Shown here: positions 38,691-48,807 of the stretch, one piece after another
Position numbering within the stretch: the first letter of the stretch is position 1
Layout: each line of letters opens with the position of its first letter
From: Heptranchias perlo
Lineage: Eukaryota
Direction: 5' to 3'
DNA: 64,000 bases
Assembly (NCBI RefSeq): GCF_035084215.1
Contig: NC_090325.1
Span: 115,568,001 to 115,632,000 of the forward strand
Notes under the pieces: generated by a model
What the model saw: only the letters and a program-made list of their open reading frames with translations
Databases searched by the model: none
Told to the model about the DNA's origin: nothing
Translations under genes and position numbers: made by a program

Positions 38691-39131
38691 GTGTTCCAGT
38701 ATCATTTAATATTAAACAGTGGAATTTGTCAACAATGAATTTTGGGGATGGATTTTCTTGTGAGTATCAATGTTAACTCCCTTCAGCTTGCCAAATTTTG
38801 CAATGAAAGTTGGACAGTTATATTTTAAAGTGGTCTTCTCCACTTGGTATTGGTTGAAGGTCTGTAGCAGGACAAGGCTCCAGCTGTGTGTTCACTGTGA
38901 TATTTGGGATTTAAAAAAAAAAGTTTTCCCTTTGGCACTTGGCCTGTTGCTCACCCTCAGCTTCCTGCCTACTGGCAACCTCTTTTCCTGATGTTAAAAT
39001 GGCACTATACTGCTGGAGGGATATTTAAAAAGGAGGGGAGGGACTTGCTGCAAACAATAATAAATGTTTGGTGTGAGAAAATTAACTCTTTACTGCCTCA
39101 AGTGCGTCCTTACAGTTTGCAATGACATAAT

Positions 39132-39374
39132 GGGGGTGATTTTAAACCTAAAGAACGGGTGGGTTGGGGGTGGGTGGGAGTTGAAAATAGTTTTATTTTT
39201 GGGTCACAACTGCAAAATTTTCGGTCTTTGCATTCCCAGTGGGAAGCCTGTGCTTTTACACGCCGACGTTATACCCAGAAATAAAGCCGGCTTGCGGTCG
39301 TGACCCAAAAAACAACTATTTTCAACTCGCACCCACCCCTAACCCACCCGTTCTTGGGGTTTAAAATCACCCTC
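39132..39374. mobile_element. MITE with about 80-bp TIRs and 3-bp AAT TSD (PIF/Harbinger-related superfamily)
   Basis: GGGGGTGATTTTAAACC...GGGTCACAACTGCAA / TTGCGGTCGTGACCC...GGTTTAAAATCACCCTC; AAT at 39129-39131 and 39375-39377. Confidence 0.85.
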
Positions 39375-41204
39375 AATATGTCTTTTAAAATAATGACCTC
39401 ACTTTTTTGGTTTCAGGAGCTGAGAGTCAGGAAGGTGCATTTTAAAAAAAAATTATAAAGCATGTTTCGCAAAGTAATTAGGGTCAGTAACCAGGAATCA
39501 AAAACTAGATTGTTGGCAGAACACACATTACCTGCCTTCATTTTCTGCCTTGACTGCAAGGTCATGCTCCATTTTGCATTGCAATCCCTATCAGCTCCTG
39601 ATCCATCTGCCTCAGTGTACACAGACACAGCAGCCTCTTTATTTTTCAACATGTTGGCTGTTTGATCCTTGCCTGTTTTGGCATTTGGTGCCAAAAAGTG
39701 ATGCATCACCAGCTACTCGAGGTGACATTTTCACGGTTTTATATAAAAGGGCTAACTGCTGTTCCCATGTTGTTGGAAAAATTAGACTAAGATATCACTG
39801 GCTACTTGTAGGGATTATTTTGTTCAGGGCTGCATAAATTGTGCACTCAGATTCCCAGTGCAAATAAAAATTTTCGTTGTCCTCATATTTTCTGGAGACA
39901 TCTCAGGAGCACCACCAGTTTCTAGTATATTCTGAAGCATTTTTCTTTCAGGTCGAGCTTGGATAGCCAATAGCTTTCAGTAGCTGTCTATAGTTTCTCT
40001 CATCCACAGTTCTCTCAATTTCCACTCCGGTTCATAAAACGATAAACATTTGCAGTCTGTTGTTACATCATAAGTTAAGCATTTCCTTAATAATGTCCAG
40101 GCCGGTGAATCGTTACTTTGTCTATCTCTCCTATCAAACTTTTATAGGGAGATACTTCATCTGTTACCATCACTTGGCATAGTGAGAAACCTCTAGTCTA
40201 GATACTGCAATTAATCAGCAAATTAGACTCGTACAGCTCTTTTTAAAAGGATACTGCTCTGGCACAGGCATGGCATTTTAACACTGTTAAATTAAGCTGC
40301 ACTCTGTGTACTTGTTTTCCTTTCTCCTGGTTCTTCCCTTAGGTCATTTAAAACAAAAAGGCAGCTGCACAGAACTTGGAAAGCATGTTCTCCCCAGTCC
40401 CCTTAAATCCCAGGAATTTTCAGTTCTGACGAAAATTCTTTTTCTTTTTACAGATAGTGACTAACCTGTGTATTTCCAGCATTTTCTGTTCCTGTTTTTG
40501 TTCCAGATTTCCAGCATTTGTGTTTTTTTACTTGAAGTGTAATACACCATTTAGTTATCTCCCAACACAAGCATGCCAATAAAATAATCATTCTCTTAAC
40601 AGACTTGCTAAAAGTCCTTTAACCTTATGCATGCACAAAATGTTTCTTAAAACTCTTGCTTGGGCAACCTTTTGTAAAACTCAACAGTCCATTTATAAAT
40701 TTCCATCTGGACCTTTGCTAGTGGAGAAATGCAGCCTATGGTTCTAAGTAATGTGAACTGTTTATGTGGCAAATAGAATCGGACCCAATGGTAAATGGAA
40801 GAATTTGGAATGATAGTAGTTCAGCAAAGGGGCCCCGGCGCTTCCAGGTTAATTTTCCTTTGTACAAGTGGGGATAGGGAATGAACTTAAAGTGTGTGGT
40901 AAACTTTAAAAAGGTGGAGTGTGGAAGTATTACATTCCTTTTTTACATCAGATGTAGACTTCATGTAGTCACTACGGTGTTAAGCACTGGGTGTAATTAT
41001 TTTCCACCATGGAAAACTTTGCAGTAAACCTTTGAGGTATAGCAGACCTTGCTTTTTGGAGTGGCTACTTCAGGTTCTTTTGCTCATTGAAGCCACTGCA
41101 ATCCTTTGCTACTGGTGTGACAAGGAATTGCCAAAAATTTGCAATAAATGACTTTCTAGGAGGAGTGAGATGTGGAAACCAATCACCGCTGGTACAATTG
41201 TCTG

Positions 41205-41965
41205 AACGCTGAAGCTGCTGGGAATCTAAAATAAAAACAAAGTTCTGGAAATACTCAGCTGATCAGGCAGCATCTATGGAGAGAGAAACAGATAACGTTT
41301 CAGGTCGATGACTTCATCAGAACTGGAAGAAGTAAAGATTTAACAGCTTTTGAGCAAGTTCAGAGCCTGGGAAAGGGTGGGAGGGTGGTGCGAAGGGGAG
41401 GAAAGGGTAGAAGGCAAGAGTGATTAAATGACAAAAGGGATGATGGTGCAAGGCAAAGTGGGTGGTAATGGACAAGTAAAGAAACAAAAGATGGATCTAG
41501 AGCTGTAAATGGCAACAGCAAAACCATTAACAGCACCTGCTGGCCGAAAAAATGGTTGCAGTGGTTATGACCTGAAGCTATTGAAATCAATGTTGAGTCT
41601 GGAAGGTTGTAAAGTGCCTAATCGAAAGATGAGGTGCTGTTCCTCAAGCCTCTGTCGCGCTTCATTGGAACAGTGTAAGAGGCTGAGGACAGAGGTCAGA
41701 GTGGGATGGAGAATTAAAATGGCAAGGGACAGGCAGGTCAGGATCACACTTGCAGACTGAACGGATGTGTTTGGTCTCCCCAATGTAGAGGAGATCGCAT
41801 CGTAAGCAGCGAATACAGTATGTTAAATTCAAAGAAGTACAAATAAATTGCTGTTTCACCTGGAAAGGAATGTTTGGGGCCTTGGATGGTGAGAAGGGAG
41901 GAGGTGAAAGGGCATGTGTTGAATCTTCTGCGCTCGCACAGGAAGGTGCTGTGGGAAGGAAACCG
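41205..41965 (-). mobile_element. Penelope-like family 2, decayed 3' part (GIY-YIG endonuclease + hammerhead remnant 41290-41324)
   Basis: Frameshifted ORFs give FICTSLNLTYCIRCLRCDLLYIGETK, CHFNSPSHS, RLEEQHLIFRLGTLQPSRLN, typical of PLE GIY-YIG domains. Confidence 0.88.
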
Positions 41966-42811
41966 AGTGTTAATTTGCCGTTGCTGTTTTATATGCAAAT
42001 TGTTCCCTTGATTGGTGTGTAATGAACAGGGTTGATATATATATGAACTTTAAAAGGCTTGATAAAGTACCATATAATAGACTTGTTAGCAAAATTAAAG
42101 CCCATGGGATTAAAGGGACAGTGGCAGCATGGATACAAAATTGCCTAGGGGACAGAAAGCAGAGAGTAGTGGTTGGTTGTTTTTCAGACTGGAGGGAAGG
42201 ATACAGTGGTGTTCCCCAGGGGTCAGTATTAGCACCATTGCTGTTTTTGATATATTAATGACCTGGACTTGAGTATAGAGGGTATAATTTCAAAGTTTCC
42301 AGATGAGACAAAATGCAGAAATGTAGTAAACAATGTGGAGGATAGTAACAGACTTCAGGAGGACATAGACAGACTGGTGAAATGGGCAGACACATGGCAG
42401 ATAAAATTTAATGCAGAGAAATGTGAAGTGATGCATTTTGATAGGAAGAATGAGGAGAGGCAATATAAACTAAATGGTACAATTTTAAAGGGGGTGCAGG
42501 AAAAGAGAGACCTGGGGGTGCACATACAAAAATATTTGAAGGTGGCAGGACAAGTTGAGAAGGCTATTAAAGAAGCATATAGGATCCTGGGCTTTGGTAA
42601 TAGAGGCGTAGAGTACAAAAGCAAGGAAGTTATGCTAAACCTTTATAAAACACTGGTTAGGCCTTAGCTGGAGTACTGTGTTCAATTCTGCGCACCACAC
42701 TTTAGGAAGGATGTCAAGGACTTAGCGAGGGTACAGAAGAGATTTACTAGAATGGTACCAGGGATGAGAGACTTCAGTTATATGGAGACGCTCGGGTTGT
42801 TCTCCTTAGTA

Positions 42812-43650
42812 TGTAAGGAATCTTACAACACCAGGTTATAGTCCAACTGTTTTATTTGAAAATCACAAGCTGTCGGAGGCTTTCTCCTTCGTCAGGTGAG
42901 TGTGGGATTCCATGGAAGGTTACCGCATTTATAGTCAGAGAACAATACCTGGTGATTACAGATAATCTTTCCAACTGCCCGTTGTCAAGGCAATCAAAGT
43001 GTTCAGACAGAGAGATGTTACCTACAGGACCACCGAATATTCAAACAGCCAGAACAAAAGACAGAGAGAGAGAGAAACATCCGAAAGGAAGAGAAAGGCA
43101 GAGAATGACCTGTTGTATTAAAAACAGATAACTTTTTTTCGCTGGTGGGGTTACGTGTAGTGTGACATGAACCCAAGATCCCGGTTGAGGCCGTCCTAAT
43201 GGGTGCGGAACTTGGCTATCAATTTCTGCTCGACGATTTTGCGTTGTGTGTCTCGAAGGCCGCCTTGGAGTACGCTTACCCGAAGATCGGTGGCTGAATA
43301 CCCTTGACTGCTGAAGTGTTCCCCAACTGGGAGGGAACCCTCCTGTCTGGCGATTGTTCAACCGGGATCTTGGGTTTGTATATTCGGTGGTCCTGTAGGT
43401 AACATCTCTCTGTCTGAACACTTTGATTGCCTTGACAACGGGCAGTTGGAAAGATTATCTGTAATCACCAGGTATTGTTCTCTGACTATAAATGCGGTAA
43501 CCTTCCATGGAATCCCACACTCACCTGACGAAGGAGAAAGCCTCCGAAAGCTTGTGATTTTCAAATAAAACAGTTGGACTATAACCTGGTATTGTAAGAT
43601 TCCTTACATTTGTCAACCCCAGTCCATCACTGGCATCTCCACATCATGGC
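42812..43650. mobile_element. Penelope-like family 1, inverted composite copy E, inserted in a CR1
   Basis: Left arm (-) 42812-43357 encodes TIARQEGSLPVGEHFSSQGYSATDLRVSVLQGGLRDT...GLNRDLGF; right arm (+) 43358-43608 plus 42-bp tail; TSD TCCTTAGTA at 42803-42811 and 43651-43659. Confidence 0.92.
43521..43557 (+). ncRNA. Minimal Type I hammerhead ribozyme motif, intact core
   Basis: TCAC CTGACGA A GGAG AAAGC CTCC GAAA GC TT GTGA. Confidence 0.78.
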
Positions 43651-45012
43651 TCCTTAGTATAGAGAAGGTTATGGGGAGATTTGATAGAGATGTTCAAGTT
43701 CATGAACAATTGTGATAGTGAATAAAGACAAACTGTTACCATTGGCAGAAGGATCAGTAACCAGAGGACACAGATTTAAGGTGATCGGCAAAAGAGCCAG
43801 AGGCGACATGAGGAAATTTTTTTTTTACGCAGCAAGTTGTAATGATCTGGAATGGGCTGCCTGAAAGGGTGGTGGAAGCAGATTCAGTAGTAACTTTCAA
43901 AAAGGAATTGGATAAATACTTGATGGGGAAAAAATTTACATGGCTACGGGAAAAGAGCAGGGGAATGGGACTAATTGGAAGTTCTTTCAAAGACCCGGTA
44001 CAGGCACGATGGGCTGAATGGCCTCTTCCTGTGCTGTACATACTATGATAGCCTACATTTTCCCCCCTTGAGCAGTAATGAGGTACCCAATCTGAAAAAT
44101 GGAAATTTGCAGACATTTGTGCAAAAACAGAATGAACAGGGGTGTAACTGTATTTGCCAGTACTACGTTCCTCTTCCCACCACCCCTGCCTGTTCTATTT
44201 GTTGTGGAATTTTTACCATGCCATTTAATGTGAGTCCTATTAGACAAATCCATGTAAACACTGTTTGCCTGCCACTTTTTCTACACAAGATCAATGTTGT
44301 AGTGACTTTATCAATTTAATTGATGTGACTCAGTAATTGTTTACAATAAATGTATATTGGTACACAAAAAGCTATTGAGTTTTGTACCCTGTGTTCTTCA
44401 ACAGTGTGTTTTCTTAATTGAATGTTATATGGTGCTCTGCTTTTGAATAGTTTAGATATAATTTATGCAAAATGCACAAGATAATCATACATTTTCAAAA
44501 AGCATAGCAGCAGTGCAAAATGTTTTGGGGCTACAGATTGGCTGCTTTTGATTTGTGTGATCAAAGTGCAACTACTTGGGTGAACACATGGGTTCAATCT
44601 TAAAGATCCTTGTTTAGAAGGAGGCCCATTGCACTTGTGCCAGTGCTTGGTCTCAAAGTGGAGCCATCAACTTTAATTCAACTTCCCTGTCCTTTCCCCA
44701 TATCCTTTTACATTTTATATTATTGAAGTTATAATTGTGAAGTAAGGCTCAAAACGTTTTTTTTTAACACTGGAACAGAGAAAGTTAAGGGGCAATCTAA
44801 AAGTTTTTCAAAATTATGTAAGACATTGTAAGGGTAAATACTGGAAAGTTGTTTCTGCTGGTTGGGAAACTGCAGCTAGCATTGAAGCCAACTCAGAGAC
44901 TCGCTAGATTGGGGAATCTTATTTCAAAATGAAATATTTTTGATATAGGTGCAGAAGGAAAGAGTGTATGTTAGTTCTTTATAGTTTTTTTAAAGCCTTG
45001 TTTCTCAAACTA

Positions 45013-45109
45013 TGTAAGGAATCTTACAACACCAGGTTATAGTCCAACTGTTTTATTTGAAAATCACAAGCTTTCGGAGGCTTTCTCCTTCGTCAGGTGA
45101 GCGAGTGTG
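45013..45109 (-). mobile_element. Penelope-like family 1, short copy F
   Basis: Starts TGTAAGGAATCTTACAACACCAGG like the other copies; no TSD recognised. Confidence 0.85.
45064..45100 (-). ncRNA. Minimal Type I hammerhead ribozyme motif, intact core
   Basis: Reverse complement is identical to the motif at 43521-43557. Confidence 0.78.
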
Positions 45110-45639
45110 ACATTTCCAGTCTTAATTTCTAAAAGACAACATCAGCTACCTGAAGGAAGAACAGTTTTTATTGCAGACAATATTTATTACAGTTTATATA
45201 TTGCAATTGAAATAACAATGTAGTAAATCCAATGATCTCACAGATCCCTGATGGATTCCCTTGGATCTGGAAACCCCAGTTTCAAAACTTGATTTTAGAG
45301 GATGATTACAGCATATAAAATATTTTTTTGGAATATTGAGTGCACCTAATGAAACAAATGTCACTGCTATCAAATCATTTAAAAAATAACCCACATTATT
45401 TGTTGTTAATATAAAAACTAGGAGCTTGTATTCTGTGTTTTTTTCAGCTAGGATTCAGCTAACAGATACAGCATAGTGTTGATGTGGGAATGAGTTTGTG
45501 AAATTACTAATTAATTGGTGTTGTTTTTACCCAGGAAGGAATACATTTGCAGATACTACCGAGATGTTTGATCCACAAAGGGTAATGTTTTGAAGATCTC
45601 AATTAGGTACTTACAGCGGAAAGCATAATATTTGAAGAA

Positions 45640-45837
45640 ATGGCTTCAGGTGATATGATTCCAGAACATTTGAAGCATCATCAACTAAAGAACAGGAAGC
45701 TTCCCAATAGGTCCTTTGACCGTGACATCGAAGCAGATGGTTGTTTTCTTTTTGAAGCAGATGAAGCTTGGAAGGAATATCACCATGCTCTCTATCAGTT
45801 CTATGAAGCCAAAGAACTATGTGATGTAACATTGAAG
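45640..45837 (+). CDS. KLHL8: Kelch-like protein 8, first coding exon (exon probably starts 45535)
   Basis: MASGD...FLFEADEAWKEYHHALYQFYEAKELCDVTLK resembles the KLHL8 N-terminus/BTB start; acceptor TTTTTACCCAG ends 45534; donor GTGAGA at 45838. Confidence 0.93.
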
Positions 45838-48258
45838 GTGAGAGGAATACCAGTCCCCCTGTCTTTGAGCATTTATCCTACACTCTCATTTCTCTCATCA
45901 AAATACTCACTCCTGAAGGCATGTGATAGAAAGTAAATTAGCATATGAAAATTGATCATAATATCAAGTTTGTCCTCGTTAGGAGACTTTTTTGATTAAA
46001 CAGTCATTTAGAGCAAAGGATTAAGTTATTTTGTTTTTTGGGGCTGACTGTCAGAGGGATTCACTTAACAAGAACATACGTTGACGAGTGTATAAAATGC
46101 TGAGCAGTAGGGATGCTCCAGTGTCTTAATGCACTAGTGTGACTCAAACATTTCTGAATTCTTGCTCATCCGAAGCAAGATTTGTAGCAGTTGCACTTCA
46201 TTGTTGTGTTTAAATCCTTCTAGATTACTAGTGGCAGAATTTTATACACTACTTTTGCTGCTTACGGAACTCTTCCTGGTGGTGTCATCACCTATCCCTT
46301 GTATGTAAAAGTGTTGGCAACTATGCCATCACTTGCTTAGTCAGGATTTTTGGAGCATGTTTTGACACAGGGAAATTTCTGACTTGCATGTTGGATTCTT
46401 GAAAACCACCAGAGTTAATTCTCTGACACATCTGTCGTTAATACACTTGCCTCTGAGTCTATTTAATTGTTTGGCCAACAAAGCCAAACAGAGTTATATT
46501 CCAGGTTGTGGGTCACTGGGTCTTGCACTGAGCTTAGCCAGGGAAAAGCTCGTGTAAGCACATACACAAAGCTCTGATCCCTGGCCCATAAATTTTTTAT
46601 GTTTTGAGAGAATGGACAACAGCATCCACATTCTCATCATAGCATTGAAAGGACTCTACAGTAAGTTTTATAAAGTGACCAGGCTGTCCAACATGCGACC
46701 TGAGTTATACTACACCTGGTGCAAAGCTAGAGAGCTGTGAAGCCACCTACTGGAGGTGGTTTTACCACTTGGCCAAAATGTGCTTGCAAGTCAGAATACC
46801 AGTTATGTTCCTGATTTTGTTAATACCTCTTTGCAGAAACTCACTTGAAGTATAAAGGCAGTCTAAATATCCTCTGAACAGCCTTTATTCGAATAATATA
46901 GGCAATTGTCCCAGTGACAGCTAACAATAAATTTTTACTTGGCCTGCTGTATTTTTGCATGTCCCAAACAGGGTAGTAGGTGGTTAGCCTAGTCCCTGTC
47001 AGAAATATATTGGAGATTCTTTAGTGCTTGCAGATTGTATTAGATTTTCTGGTCACTAACACATAAATAACTGTTAATGTGGTTAACTGATCAATGTTCA
47101 GGCCATAATGGTGTTTAAAGATCTACTATTTTTTTTAAAAATTGGAATAAGCGTTAATAAATAACCATTTTATTTATTACCTTTCAATTCAAATGTTTGT
47201 TTTTTTTAAAAAAATACTTAGTGTAGAAACCCAGTTTGCTCAAGTAGCTATACAATGCCAACAAGCCTAGTTTGTTTTCAAAATTGTGAGTGTTGTTGAA
47301 AAACATTGAATTATGCATAATTACTACAGTATTATCTTTGCCATTAGCTGGTTTAGGGAAAGTACTGATAAATTAGTACATTGCTAAAAAATAAAAAAAT
47401 TGGTGTGGTAGTAAAATTGTACAGTTGCATAACAGATTCCTGTGAGTTTTGAGGTGCTAAAATCCTCCCCACTGCTAATCTTCTAGTGAAGAGAGAGTGA
47501 AATATTCTTTTGAGAGGTCTTCTGTGAAATAATCGGGCTACTACAAGTAATAACGGTAATGGCTCTCATTATATTAGCATACATTAAATGTGTCACACTG
47601 GACCACTTGTTATTTCTCACTTACTGTTTAGGGAGGACACGTGCTGATCCCAGCAATAATCTCACTGGATGGCTTGTAACTGGCATACTGCAAGTGAACT
47701 GCAAATTACTAGCTTTCCAACCTAGAGATTAGCTGTTTCTGATATCATTAATAATGGATCAACTTAATTCTAATAAGGTTTTTTTAAGTTTTCCCATTCC
47801 TTTCTTCAAGTAATAGCAGTAATTGCCTATATTGTGTGTCATCACAAATCACAGTCACTCAACTTTTGGTGTTGCTAGTAATCTCTGCCTTGTAAATGTT
47901 AATTTTTGCATTTGTTTTGTATAATGAATAAAATTATTAGAATTAATGTTTTGACTTTTGAGGAGCTAGATTTCCCACCTTATGTGTTAATGTATTTTGT
48001 TCACGTACAAATCAATTTATATGATTAGTTATAGTCAAAACTGCAAAATCAGTTAGTTGATCAGAAACATTCAAAATATTCATGTTAACCTGTTAGAAGT
48101 ATACTTTGCCGTTCACTGCATATTGTGGTTTTGTAAGGGAAGTAATCTGTTGTAGCTAAAATTCCCAGTTTGTGAATACACTCAAAGCCCCCACTGGATT
48201 TAGCTCAATTTTAAAATGAGTTACTAAAGTGATATTCTATGCTCCCTTTTCCCAACAG

Positions 48259-48807
48259 GTTGGGCCCAAGTTAATCCCATGCCACAAATTGGTGCTAGCG
48301 TGTGTGATTCCATACTTCAGAGCAATGTTTCTTTCTGAAATGGCTGAAGCCAAGCAGGACCTGATAGAGATTAAAGATTTTGATGGCGATGCAATGGATG
48401 ACCTTATCAAGTTTGCTTATTGCTCCAGGATTACACTTACTGTAGACAACGTGCAACCTCTTCTCTATGCAGCTTGCATTCTGCAGGTAGAGCTTGTGGC
48501 CAAGGCATGCTGTGAATACATGAAAGCCCATTTTCACCCATCAAACTGCTTAGCAGTCCGGTCGTTTGCTGAGAGTCACAACCGGGTTGACTTGATGGGC
48601 ATGGCTGATAAGTATGCCTGTGAACATTTTAATGAAGTAGTAGAATGTGAAGACTTTGTCAATGTTTCACCGAAGCACCTCATTGCACTCCTTTCATCCA
48701 GCGATTTGAATGTGGAAAAAGAAAAGCAAGTGTATAATGCTGCTATGAAGTGGCTACACACAAATCCACATCATCACACCAAGTGGTTGGATCAAGTTGT
48801 TGCTCAG
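48259..48807 (+). CDS. KLHL8: KLHL8 exon, BTB and BACK domains
   Basis: VGPKLIPCHKLVLACVIPYFRAMFLSEMAEAKQ...WLDQVVAQ; 549 nt, phase 0-0, AG/GT boundaries. Confidence 0.97.

Larger units (their letters stand above)
42030..44052 (+). mobile_element. CR1 LINE 3' half, interrupted by Penelope copy E
   Basis: GVPQGSVL, LQEDIDRLVKWADTWQ, LYKTLVRP, then IWNGLPERVVEAD after the insertion. Confidence 0.9.
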
